A stretch of 64,000 nt of DNA from Narcine bancroftii (GCF_036971445.1 NC_091471.1:296608001-296672000), one strand, 5' to 3'. Shown: positions 35,754 through 47,622, counted from the first letter of the stretch. A program made the numbers and translations. Notes: generated from the sequence alone by a model not told the origin.

Positions 35754-38159
35754 GGAGGGAGTCACGTGATGGAGTAGTGGCTGGTCGTGTGGAACCAGCC
35801 CTCTTCAGAGAAAAGAAAAAAAAGTTTGAAAAAACAGAGCTCAATAAACATAAAATACTGGAAGAGAAAGATAAAGTTACAGAGAAGAGACAAAAGATGG
35901 CTCCCAAAAGAGAAAAAGTAAGAATAACAGAGAAAAGGGAAGAAGGAAAATCACTGGAGAAGAAAGAAGAAGGCCTTACCTGCACGTCGGAGCAGAGAGC
36001 CACCGTGGAGAGGAGTGGCCAAACTCTGATGTTGGAAAGTCCCCAGAGGAGCTGGGGAAAGTCCTCCCGACCAGCAGACTTCAAAAATGGCTCTCAGAGC
36101 CAAGAAGAGATGCACAACTGCGCAAGTAAAAGAAAAGGTTAATGCCGGCAGGAGGGGGACTCGGCTGAGGAGTGGCCAGCTGAGAGATGCCCAGTATCGG
36201 GGCGTTCGGCTGGGGGAAGCAAACAAAAAAGAAGAGTGGTGAGAAAGAGAATGAAGGGTGGGGTGGATGAGCTGTAACGGGGCAACCAGCAGGGGGACGA
36301 CTGGCAGCGGGTCGACCCGCAGGGGGAGGCCCGGCAGCGGGTCGACCCGCAGGGGGAGGCCCGGCAGCGGGTCGACCCGCAGGGGGAGGCCCGGCAGCGG
36401 GTCGACCCGCAGGGGGAGGCCGGCAGCGGGTCGACCCGCAGGGGGAGGCCCGGCAAGGATACAGAAGCAACTCACCAGATAAGGATGAAGATACACGGAT
36501 ACAGAGAAGAAGACGACACAGACATAGATGCAGACACAGAAGAAGAGGAGGAAGAAGACCAAGAATTTCAAAGGAAAGAAGAAGGTAAAATAGAAGGACA
36601 AAATTTAGATAAAGCCATTTTTGAAGAACAAATGGGGTCATTAAAAGAATGGCTATCATTAGAATTTAGTTCAATCAAAAGAAAAATGAAAAGATCTGAA
36701 GACAAAATGCAAAGCTTAGAGTTGGTCATGACTGAAACAAGGAAAAGAGTAGAAAATGAGGAGGAACGAGAAGCTCCTGCAGAAATGGAGATAAATGATT
36801 CAAGAGGGAAGTTGGAAGAGCGAAAAAAAAATAGAAAGACCAGATTTATTGTTACAAAAAATTGACGTATTGGAAAACTACAGTAGGCGAAACAACATAA
36901 AAATATTGGGCCTGAAAGAAGGCAAAGAAGGGTTGGATATGAAGGAATTTATAAAAGGATGGATCCTGAATGTGTTGGGAACGACAGATTCACAAGAAGA
37001 AATAGAAATCGAAAGGGCGCATAGAGCACTAGTACCGAAACCGCTACCACATCAAAAACTGAGATCCATATTGCTAAAACTTCTAAGATATATGACAAGA
37101 GAGAACATACTGGAGCAGGCAAGAAAGAAGGTTAGAGAAGACAGTAAGCTGTTGGAATATAAAGGACAAAACATTTTTTTTCCTGGACATAAGCTTCGAA
37201 CTTTTAAAGAAGAGGAAGGAATTCAACACGGCGAAAACAATCTTATGGAAGAAAGGTTATAACTTTATATTAAGACATCCAGCAATACTCAAAGTATTTA
37301 TTCCTGGGGAACAGAATAGACTGTTTTCGGACCCAAAGAAAGCCCAAGAATTTGCTGAACATTTGAAAGACAGGAGGAGGAGGAGTGACAAGAAGGAAGA
37401 CCGGCAAGAAAATATACAAAAATATGTAAAAATATAAAGTAAAGATAATGTATATTTAAAGATGGATAAGAGAAGAGGGGGCTGGGGTAGGAGAATAATG
37501 GTCACTGCAAAATCGGTTGATGCTGGCGAGTAATTTCGTAAACCGAATGGAAAGGGGAGTTGTGGTTGCCAACAAGGGGCAATCCAAGGAGGGGAGGTTC
37601 ATTTGGGGTTAAAGGGTTATTGCTTATGGGGATTGTTGGGGTATTTCATGTCTTAAGTGCATTGTCATATATTGAGATTAAAAAGGAAAACTTAAAAAAC
37701 AGTAATGGAAAAAAAGGGGATGGAGGTGGTGAAGAGATGGAAAAGAAGTGAATGTAAAGATCCAAGATGGCCACATTGGACTATATGACTATTAACATTA
37801 ATGGAATATATAACCAAGTTTAAGTGTATCCCATTGGAAAAAAAAATCACATATAATTTAAAAGACAAAGTTACAATGTTTGAAAAAACCTGGGAACCAT
37901 ATATGGAACATAACAGAAAGAGCAGGCCTCGGATCACCACCACCTAAAATGATAAGAAGATAAACACGACCAGATTTAATCTGTATAAGTAGATGATACG
38001 TCTTTTTTGTTTGTATTCCTTTTGTATAAAGATATTGTTTTGTTGTATTTTATATGTTCAACATTTACTGTTTTTGGAGGGGGTGGGAAGGGGGAAAAAA
38101 ACAAGAGAAAATGTCACTGTGAATATTTAAAGAGGGATAAATAAAGAATTACAAAAAAA
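35754..38159 (+). mobile_element. L1 with 5'UTR and disrupted ORF1, ORF2 almost entirely deleted
   Basis: 5' end GGAGTCACGTGATGG shared with 62349; ORF1 motifs LENYSRRNNIKILGL and IERAHR; ORF2 start at 37767 joined at about 37823 to the ORF2 C-terminus; 3'UTR and A-tail. Confidence 0.85.
36289..36455 (+). repeat. 30-bp tandem repeat (5 units) containing a perfect 14-bp palindrome
   Basis: Unit cagggggaggcccggcagcgggtcgacccg; GCGGGTCGACCCGC is self-complementary. Confidence 0.95.
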
Positions 38160-39810
38160 GCACTTTACTTATACCGTGAGGAAGGGCTCAGACCAGAAAT
38201 GTCGGTGATGTATATTGACCTCCGATGGATGCTGCGATACAGCCCGAGTTCCTCCAGCATTTTCGTATCAGTGCCCTCTGGTGGAGATCAGAAGGAAAAC
38301 TACTTATTCAAGATTCCTGTAGTCATGTAATAATACAGAACATGTAATATTACACAAAATTTCCTTCTGCTTCCCATAAGGAAGACAGAGTCCCCAGCAT
38401 TATTGCCTGGTATCTTTTTACGGTAAGAGCAAAAGAGAGTCCCTTCAGAATAACTGAGTGTTCCAGCACTCCCACAGCCTCTGCAGCCACATAGTCTCCT
38501 ATCCGATCCATCGGCACACTGAGCTCCAGATCCAAAACTTCCAACACAATGAGAAAAATTCACCCAAGGTCTTTTGGGACCCCCATCTTGCCCTCACCAC
38601 CTTCTCAAATCTTGGTTCCAAAAACTGGTTCACATGCACCAGTCTCCTGCAGCCCGGGCGGGTCCTCCAACCGCAAGTCACCCGTGTGGGTCCCTCAGCC
38701 ACTGAGCCCCTCACTGGCACCGTCCTGTAGGGTCATCTCTGCTTCTCCATGTGGAAGGGGGCACAGAATGTTCTCCCCGTATCTGGTTCCCTGCACCAGT
38801 CCGCTGCTGCCCCTGTGTTTGGTACCCCTTGTGGACTCTGTCGAGCACAGGCATCTTGAGCGCAGACTTTGTGGTTGATGGATTTTACTTTATAACACCT
38901 GTTCGGAGCTGCCATGTGATGTTTGGATCCATGGTGGAGGTCAGAACAAAAACTTGTACAGTCATGATCAGCACAATTTGAATTAAGGGAAGGCCATTTG
39001 GCCCTTTGCAGTCTCCACCCTTCATCAGGATTCACTTCCGGCTCCACTCTGCAGGAGTTTCCTTGGTGTGCTCCTGTTCCTCCCACATTCCACAGGGAAG
39101 TTTGTGAGTTGTGTATGGATGGGGAAAATGAGGAAATGGGCTTGCTCTTTTGGAAGTTGGTGGGCCACACAGACTCCTGGATAATTTTAAGATTTTCCTG
39201 CACTATTCACAACTCTTTGTTCCCTGAATACTCCATAAAACTTTTAAATCAATGACTGAGACGCCACAGTTCTGAGGGAGAGAATTCCGAAGATTAACCA
39301 TTTGTCTCAATCCAAGGTGGCTGAGTTACTCTGACCCCAATTTGAGGCTAGTTTGCTGAAGGAGACAACCATGGTGTTGAGCCTTTGTAAAATTACTCTG
39401 CCCATCTGTGAATATAGGTGTTCATTGCAAGTCTAGCCTTTCGGAAAAGAGAACAAAGTTGTAACTATCCTCCCAAAGTCATCTCACTGGAACCCAACTC
39501 AATCTCAGTAATTTACTGGTGCACTCAATCCCTCTGGTAATGTTGGCCATTTAACTTTTGTTATTGCCATTTGCAACGTTCAGGGGCAAGGATGTGCACA
39601 AGGTCCCTTTAAACATCAACATCTCTCAATCTATGTCTTTTTTAAAACATTCCTTTCCACATGCTACTCACTTGCTCCCCTCTTTGCTCGTAATTGCCTC
39701 GTGTATCATCCTGACCTGCCAGACGCTTGAACCATTACTACATTGACCTTTTATTACAGGCTTACAGTTTCGTGTGATTTTATTTCTTCCCCACCCCCAC
39801 CCCCCCCCAG

Positions 39811-39882
39811 ACGCCTCCAAATTGAAGACCTGGAAGCCCGTATTGCGATGATGCCATTGCTTCAGGCTGAGCAGGACAGGCG
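39811..39882 (+). CDS. NDUFA13: NDUFA13 exon 3 (RLQIEDLEARIAMMPLLQAEQDR)
   Basis: 72 nt, ccccag/gtaagt boundaries. Confidence 0.96.
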
Positions 39883-39939
39883 GTAAGTCAGAGAGGGGTC
39901 TGCTGGAAATAGAATGGAGAAGCAACCTGCCACAAAATA

Positions 39940-40632
39940 CAGGTAGTCCCCAACTTACGACCGTAATGGGGGCCAAAGGATCGGTCATATCTTGGAATGG
40001 ACGCAAGTCAGAATTTCCCCTGCGAGCATGGATTACCAAGATCTTAAAGCTAACTTTTTAAATCCAATGTTGTATTTGATAAACTGTAACAGGAATACAG
40101 GGCATGTAAGAGCCAAAATGTGTGTGTGTACTTTGTTAGTCGGCATCCTGGGGTCGAGAGGCTGGGCATGGCCACCATTTCAACAGTTTTAAAGGACAAT
40201 AAGAAAATACGTGAGGCTATAAAAGGTTCTGCAAGTATGAAGAGCCATCTTGATTCCTGTGCGCATGAGCGGTGGGTTTGCGCATGTGTGAGAGTTAAGC
40301 GCCCTGATGATATTGAATTTGCGCCTTTAACTCTCCGCCCTCATGTGCCAACCGAACTCCAATGCGCGAACCCATCATGTATGCGCCAACCAAAGACTCG
40401 AGCATGCTCACAGAAATCAAGATGGCTCTTCCTACTTGCAGAGCCCTTTATAGCCTCACATATTTTCTCTTTGTCCATTAAAAGGGATAGGTTTTTCCTC
40501 TTGCCATCTTTCTAGCACCCCTACAGAACAGCAACTGTGCTCCAGGCACTATATTGCGCATAAGCATTTTTTAATTTGGTCGTATGTGTGGATGGATGTA
40601 AATTAAGTAGGTTGTAAGTTGGGGTGTGCCTG
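39940..40632 (+). mobile_element. Tigger/pogo-like non-autonomous DNA transposon in NDUFA13 intron 3
   Basis: TA-flanked TIRs caggtagtccccaacttacgacc / ggttgtaagttggggtgtgcctg; HTH remnant ATISTVLKDNKKIREAIKGSASMK. Confidence 0.8.
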
Positions 40633-40857
40633 TAGTGCAAGTTAGTCTGCAGTCATATCTCAAAAGCAACCAAGCCATGTATATAAAGAAGTGTATTTAC
40701 AGAAGTGTAGGATGTAAAAATGTTTAATTCAATAGTTATTCATACACTGCGCACAGGATGTGCAAGGGTCAGAGGGTACCCATGTAAATCCTGCGAGTAG
40801 GCCATTCAGTCCTCAAGCCTTCACTATCATTTATTCAGATCATGGCTTTTTTTTTAG

Positions 40858-40927
40858 GTTTCTACGTTTATTAAGAGAGAACCTTGAGGAGGAGGCAAAG
40901 ATTATGAAGGATGTTCCAGGCTGGAAG
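40858..40927 (+). CDS. NDUFA13: NDUFA13 exon 4 ([23 protein letters not shown])
   Basis: 70 nt, ttttag/gtaaac boundaries. Confidence 0.96.
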
Positions 40928-41747
40928 GTAAACCAGACCCAGATCATGCTTTAGTTTCTCTTTGTAAAAAGAAATCCAGAGGAGTGCAGGTCCATAAACT
41001 CTGGTCAAAACTGACCCTAGTTGCTGCACCTGTCCATTAGCTCTGTGGATATAGTAAGGGGCTGGTGGGTCTCATCTCACCTCCCTCTGCACCCCCCCCC
41101 CCCCCTCACTGCTTGCATCAACAACAGTCCACTGAGGATGGGGAAAGCAGGTTGGGTATATAGGGAAATTTACATGACTTCTGTCCTGGTTCTTGCCCTG
41201 ATTGGGGTTGGAGTGCATTTTGAAGGCAGTACAGCAATTGCACTTCGTCTTTCTGAGAGTGGAATGAAACAGTGAACAGATGCATCGGGGATCACGCACC
41301 CCTCTCAGCTCAGCAGCAGGCAGGCAGAACCTTTGGCCTGTTGTGCCACTCATTTGATAGATGGGAGAAACCAGGGCATTTCTCCATTGAGTAGCCTCGG
41401 CTATAGATGTGAGAACACTCTTGCTTCACAATCACCTCACACTGTCCCCTGTGGAACAGTGTTCCAGATTTTCCCTTTGGTCCAACTCCTGACCCTTTGC
41501 TCAAGGTTCCCTGATCAGGGGAAATGGTTTTGGTATGCTACCCTGGTGCCACATCAATCACAGCAATCAGATACAATCTCTGCTCTGATTTTAATACTTC
41601 AAGCACAGGGTTATTCTGAAGATGTGTTTGTTCAACGCCCCGCCCCACTTCCATAGTGAATTTGGTGAGGTGGGATCTTCACCGATTTTGGAAGGTTGGG
41701 GCTGCTGTTTGATTATTGAAGAGGTTTCACTGCATTTCCCATTGCAG

Positions 41748-41867
41748 GTTGGTGAGAGCGTTTACCACTCCAATCGCTGGATCAGGCCCCCAGTGGAGGA
41801 ATTATTTAACCTTCGACCTCGAGAAGAGTTCCTCAGAGAGAAATATGGCTTCCAGATGTACGTGTGA
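41748..41867 (+). CDS. NDUFA13: NDUFA13 exon 5 (VGESVYHSNRWIRPPVEELFNLRPREEFLREKYGFQMYV*)
   Basis: ttgcag acceptor, TGA at 41865-41867. Spliced CDS totals 435 nt = 144 aa plus stop. Confidence 0.96.
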   Translation, partial: VGESVYHSNRWIRPPVEELFNLRPREEFLREKYGFQMYV

Positions 41868-41945
41868 GCACAATGCACAGCTGACTGCTCCAACAAGATC
41901 TGCCTCTTGCCTCTTGAAAATCCTCTTGATCCGTGTGGTATTGTT

Positions 41946-41951
41946 AATAAA
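41946..41951 (+). terminator. NDUFA13 polyadenylation signal
   Basis: AATAAA about 80 nt after the stop codon. Confidence 0.7.
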
Positions 41952-42179
41952 ATTTGTGATATACTTGAGGCTGAGATGTTCTTTTAAAGGACAGTTAAAA
42001 TCTAAAGTAATGGTCACAGAACAGACAACTCTTCCTTTGGCAATGAGCATGCAATTTTTCATGTCCCTCTAGTGGACAACCTGGTTGTTGGTTTAAACTT
42101 GTTTGAAAGACCAATTAGAGAAGGTGATTCAAGATCTATAAAGTTATGAAGTTGTATAGGGAAGACAGGAGAAGAATGA

Positions 42180-43480
42180 GCTTTCACACAGGTGAAAACA
42201 AAACCAGTAGGCACAGAGTCAAGCAGTTAACAAATCCGACCTCCTGCCGGGCCTTTACTATTTAACCCCTGCTTGGTTTTACTATTGCCTCTGACCTTGC
42301 CCTCTCTGAGATGGAATGCTCTGTCTTAGGTAGAGGCCTCACCTTCATCCTTTGCCTCCACTCCAATGAGTTCTGCACATGCTCAAACTCTTCTTCCATG
42401 GTCTCCATGTGTACATCTTCAATCAGGATTTTCCACCCCTCACTGAGGACCCCTTCTGCCTTCAGCCTTCCTGCCTTTGGACACCCCATTCTGGGTTTTT
42501 ACCTGATCTGGATCTTTTTATCTTCCACTGCTGTTGACACATCAACTGCTTGTCTTAACCACTCCTTCCCCCCCCCCCCCCACTTAATCAGATCTCAACC
42601 CCCCTCCGGAACACACAGCCCTTCTCTCTCTGTGCCAATCCTGTCTCTTCCTACCTACATTCACAATACCTCGCATGCCCTCCATCACCTTATCAACATC
42701 CAGTTCCCTCAAGTCAAGTGCCTCATTTTCACAATGGACATCCAATCTCCATTTCCCATATTAAAGGTTTCAAAGCCCTTTGTTTCTTTCTCAACAAAAG
42801 ACCCAAGCAGTCTCCTCCTCTGGCTCACCCTCAATAACTTCTTTGGCTTATCCTACTTTCTCCAAGTCAAAGGGGTAGCCATGGTTACCTGGATGCATTG
42901 CAGCTATGCCTGCCTTTTTGTTGGCTGTGTGGAGCAATCCATGCAACAAGCTGATATAGGCAAGGCTTCTCAACTCTTCCTCCGTTCCATTGATGACTCC
43001 TTCGGTGCTGCCTCCTGCTCATCAACTTTATCCACTTTGCTGCGAACTTGCACCCTGACCTCAAATTCACCCTCCCCTTTCTCAATATTTGCCTCAATCT
43101 GAGGAGACAACCTAGTTACAGATATTTTCTACAAACCTTGTAACTCCCACAGCTATCTTGACTACACCTCAACACCGTCTCTTCTATGGATTCTATCCCT
43201 TTCTTTCAATTCCTCTCTCATCTGATTTCAGTATGATGTCTTCCGTTCCAGTTCATTCAAGATGTCTTCCTCTAGAAAAATGTGCCTTCCCCTCTCCTTC
43301 CATTAACTCAGCCCTCAACAACATCTATTTCCTGCACATCTGCCCTGGATTGTACACCCTGAGAAGCAAACAGGATTCCCTTTGTCCTCACCTACCAGCT
43401 TTCACATCCAACCTATCATCCTTTGCAATTCCTGCCAACTGCAACATGATCCCACCACTGGACTCATTTTCTCCTTCTCT
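42180..43480 (+). mobile_element. Penelope-like element, degraded RT
   Basis: ORF 42311..43102 contains FTMDIQS, LTLNNF, YFLQVKGVAM, SYACLFVG and FLRSIDD, the Penelope RT motifs. Confidence 0.8.
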
Positions 43481-43689
43481 CTCCTTTCTGCTTGGACCAC
43501 TCACCCCTTTGGGAACAACATCCCTGGGAATTGCTTCTACTCCAGGACCAATCAGGTAACTGGCCAGGCAAGCTCGATGATGCATGACAGCAACATACTA
43601 CTCACAGGCTAATTGGAATCCAATTTCCTTTGTTTAAAAACAAAAATAACCAAATCAAGTGATGGAGCTGATTGGCCAGGTTAATTCTT

Positions 43690-44250
43690 TTACTTTTAAA
43701 ACTTTTAAATATTTCTATTAATTTGATAGAAATATTACATGTATATATTGTTTAGATATATAGCTTTTATAAAATGCAATACAGAATGAGTCATATATAA
43801 ATTATATGTCATATAAAATTCTCAAAAAAAGTGAAAAATCCTTGAGAATTTCACCTCGTATTCTAATATTGAGATGTATATTGTGATTATCTAAATAGTC
43901 CAATCTGTTTGTAGAAACAGAACAAAAATAAGATGAAAGAAAAAAGAACCCTTACTAATCTAAACACTCCCACTAAACACGGTCACCAGCAAATAAATTG
44001 TAAAGAACATGTATTGGCTCTAGGACATCGGATAGAAACCCCCACCAGAGCATCCCTGCCTAAGTCATCAATTTGTGATAATAGTCCATGAATGGACTCT
44101 ATATTTTGTCAAATTCAACCTTGATCTCTTTAACATTAGATCTAATTTTCTCCAAACTCAAGCAAGGCATTACATCCTGGAACCATTGCATACGAGTTGG
44201 TGCTATGCTGACGTCCCATCTTATCAAAATTAACCAGGCTAATTCAAGCA
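43690..44250 (-). mobile_element. L1-clade LINE 3' end
   Basis: Minus-strand WFQDVMPCLSLEKIR-like C-terminal motif with T-rich tail on the plus strand. Confidence 0.55.
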
Positions 44251-44999
44251 GTCTTGTTTCAATACTACTTTTTTTCCTGGAGTAAATATTACAGCCAGTG
44301 TTCTGAACCTGAACCGATTCTATTTCAACAGATGCTGTCTGACTGGAGTCCCATCTCTTTAATTCTGATTTTCAACAGCTGCAGTTTTTTTTACACTACC
44401 CAGTCTTCTTTTGCTGCCCATTCAACACCTTCACTTTTCTGAAGTCCAAAACAAGATGGTATAAGTAAATCATAACCCCTTCCTTTTTCATGTTATATTT
44501 TTGTTGTGTGTAGTTGGTTAAACTGTCCTTCAAACCAAACATCAACCTTATGGGCCTGCTGTCAGCATCCTCTTGGTGGACAGCATTAAGAGCAAAAAAA
44601 ATGCTGGAGGAATTTAGTTGGTCTCGCAGTGTCCATAGGAATTAAAGATATATTATGTTTTGGGCCTGAGCCCTTCTTCAAGGTATGATTTTTTTTTAAA
44701 AAAGAGAGGCATCTGTATTGAAAGAGAAGAATTGGAGGGAGAGGTGCACAAGACCAACAGACAAAAGGTGTTAATTGGATATGATAAAAGGCCAGGAGAG
44801 AGGAAAGGTGAGAATTGATTTTGGCTCTGAGAAAGGAGACAGTGAAAATGGAAAAGAGAGAGACAGGCATCTAGAGGACAGGATCACAACATCTGCAGAC
44901 TTTCACGTTTCACTCACTACTATTGAGAAACATGAAAGGTTTGATTCACATGGAGATTCAGGACAACCAGGTCAAGGGTGTACCCAATTTGGGTCTCAT

Positions 45000-45890
45000 C
45001 CTGATAACCACCTTCATATGAACTTCAGACCAAGAGCTCAGTTGAACTTTGCCATCTATCCTTTGTGAAAAGGATTTTCCAGGCTAACACCTTTGACCAC
45101 AAGTCCTTCAGGCAACCTGGAATGTCCTGCAAACACTGAGGGATGAGGACTCGATGGATACTGCGGGGTGGTTTCCTGAGCAGACTGTTCAGAACATCTG
45201 GCAGAAGGCTTAATTGCCAGTGCTCACAAGCATCAGAACTTGGCTTGGCTGTCAGATCCTTCCTGTATGTCTGGAACATCACCTACAATGCATGTTTCCC
45301 CCAAGATGACTGCAGTGGGGTGGAGAAGACACCAACCTCTTTGCAGAATGCAGACTCGTTAAGAGCACGTGGAGAAGGATGGAGGTATTCTTGTCACAGA
45401 TTATCCCCAGCAGCAGTGTGACATGATCTATAGGCTGTTCCTGGGCAGGCACAGAGTCTGACATCCTGAACTGCTGGGAGATCATCAACTCAGTGAAAGA
45501 TGTCCTTTGATCTGCCCAAAACCTGCTGGCCATTCAACACACCAAGATATCGGTGAGGGAATGGTGCTGACTGGCCCATTCCAGGCTGCGGGTGTACGAG
45601 ATGAGGGACTCACTGTGGCTTGGGGCAGCTAACGCGAGGTATCTGAGAGGAAGGGCCACAGTCTAGATACCTCCAATACAGGGCATTTTGGGGCTGAGAC
45701 CGTGGGGAAGTCCTTTGACCACCAGAAGGGGGGGAGGGATGACAAGGTGCCACAGTGGTGGCAAAATTGTAAATAAAGAACGTTTGGACCAACATTCAAT
45801 GAGGGGAATATATGGACATGAATGTGAGACAATAGATTAACTATTTTGCAAATGATTTATTGTGAATGATCTACTTGTGGAAATAAAAAC
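45000..45890 (+). mobile_element. Tx1/L1-like LINE 3' fragment
   Basis: Degraded cysteine-knuckle region and IINSVKD-like motif; ends at AATAAA/A-rich sequence. Confidence 0.5.
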
Positions 45891-45974
45891 ATCATATATC
45901 TTTAAATATGATATACGTAATCAGAAAACAATATGCCACAACCTAGTGGTTGACTCTCGGTGAAGTAATTCGAG

Positions 45975-46070
45975 TGTTTGGTCAGGCGTTGCCGAGGCTG
46001 CTCTGAGCTTGGGTCCTGACGCCATCTTGTTTGGGCAGCGGTCAGGGAAGGACGACAACCGACCGGCGGG
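45975..46070 (+). promoter_or_regulatory. UQCR11-like CpG promoter/5'UTR
   Basis: CpG-rich patch with YY1-type CGCCATCTTG at 46020-46029 and a weak X-box-like GTTGCCGAGGCTGC at 45988. Confidence 0.45.
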
Positions 46071-46120
46071 ATGTTGGAGCGACTTATTGGCCGGACTCCG
46101 ATGCAGCTACTCAAAAACTG
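46071..46120 (+). CDS. UQCR11: UQCR11-like (cytochrome b-c1 complex 6.4-kDa subunit) coding exon 1 (MLERLIGRTPMQLLKN-W)
   Basis: ATG in a small CpG island; 50 nt; donor gtgagg at 46121 splits the conserved KNW tryptophan codon. Confidence 0.85.
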
Positions 46121-46227
46121 GTGAGGCCGGGAGCCGGGGTGGGGGTTCGGCGGGGGCAGCGCCGAAGGTCAAGGGTGGAGAGTTGCGGCGCTTCAGGCTC
46201 GGGAGTGAGCAGCGACGGTGGGTCGTC

Positions 46228-46440
46228 AACTCCTCTCCCCTTTCCCATCTCCCGCCTCGCCCCCTTCCCCCTCCACCCCAGCCTCGCCCCCCGCCTCTCC
46301 CCCCCCCCCCCTCTCCCCCCCCCCCCCCCCCTCTCCCCCCCCCCTCTCCCCCCCCGCCTCTCCCCCCCCGCCTCTCGCCCCCGGCCCCGGCCCCCGCCCC
46401 CTCCACCCCCTCCACCCCGGCCTCGCCCCCTTCCCCCGCA
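46228..46440 (+). repeat. C-rich tract in UQCR11-like intron 1
   Basis: Runs of C up to about 18 nt; G-quadruplex potential on the minus strand. Confidence 0.85.
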
Positions 46441-46479
46441 TGACTCTCCCTTCCATCCTCACCCAATTATCAATGATGA

Positions 46480-46790
46480 GAAGCATCGATCATTGGAGAT
46501 GTCCAGAGGTTTTTCCCAGGGTGTGAAATGGCTAATGTAAGGGGAAATTTCTTTAAGGTGCTTGGGAGTAAGAACAGGGGGATGTAAAAGGTAAGTTTTT
46601 CACTCAGAGTGGTGGGTGCATGGAATGTATGGCTGGCAACAGTGGTGGAATGGAATCTTAAGAGATGAATAAATAGGTACATGGCACTGAGATAAATGGA
46701 GGGCTATGCAGTTGAGAAATTCTAGGTAGTTGTTAGAGTAGGTTATTAGGTTTGTGGGCTAAAGGACATGTGTGGTGCAGTAGATTTCTG
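46480..46790 (+). mobile_element. CR1-like LINE 3' fragment
   Basis: cactcagagtggtgggtgcatggaatg block typical of CR1 3' regions. Confidence 0.6.
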
Positions 46791-46933
46791 TATCGAATAA
46801 ACGTTGGGGGAAATATGAATATTGATCTTTATAATCCATCTATAGTAGGAGCAGAATGTATAGTTGGACACTCATTGACAAAGACATGATATTATAAGCA
46901 AGGCTTCTGTATTTGACATAATTTCTTCTCTAG

Positions 46934-47051
46934 GATTCCAACGGTGACCACGTGGGGCATTGTGGCTGGGATAACTGTGATATATGCCACAGACTGGAAG
47001 GTAATAGTTGGTCACATCCCATACATAAAAGGAAAATTCAAGACTGATTGA
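46934..47051 (+). CDS. UQCR11: UQCR11-like coding exon 2 (W-IPTVTTWGIVAGITVIYATDWKVIVGHIPYIKGKFKTD*)
   Basis: ttcttctctag acceptor. Motifs WxPT..TWG, ATDW and PYIxGKFK are characteristic of UQCR11/QCR10. Single hydrophobic helix; 55 aa total. Confidence 0.88.
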
Positions 47052-47622
47052 AGGTCTCAACTGTTTAATGGTATGCCACTAATTTCTCATAATCATGTGT
47101 GTGTGTGATATATTTACCTCAACATATTAGCTTTGACTAAAATGAGAATGTCGCTCTGTCTAATGCGAGGGAAAATGAACTGCTATTATATTTATGGCAT
47201 GAAGCAGAATGGTCAGTTTTTGGTGGTTCAAGTAGCCACTTGTCCTTTCCTGTACCTACACATCACACAGAGCCAAATTGAATTCTACTTTGAATCTGCA
47301 TTTCATTATTTTCTGTGTTGAGGTGTAACATAAAAATCAAATTTTAAGTAGCCTATCTTCAAAGCATCAGGTGATTCTTTCTCCCATTACATTTCCCACT
47401 GCATTTGGATTTTTAGGGGCCTCAAAATTAATTCCTCACAAAAACAAATATATGTAAGAAAGAAAAGCATCGATAGCCTATTGAGTACCTCGCCACTGCT
47501 CCAACATTGTGCATGATTGTGACACAATTCCAAAGACCATTTTCCTGTGCCAACCCTATCTAATTCACTTAGTGTCCAAAAATCCATTAATGTTTGGTTT
47601 TGCACACACTTTAAGAAATAAA

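Noticed and set aside
36289-36455. CRISPR-like palindromic repeats
   Set aside because: The sequence between palindromes is identical in each unit, so it is a simple minisatellite within an L1.
46009-46540. Poly-Pro/poly-Gly ORFs resembling formin or extensin
   Set aside because: Translation of the intronic C-run tract; the true coding frame is the short UQCR11-like exon.
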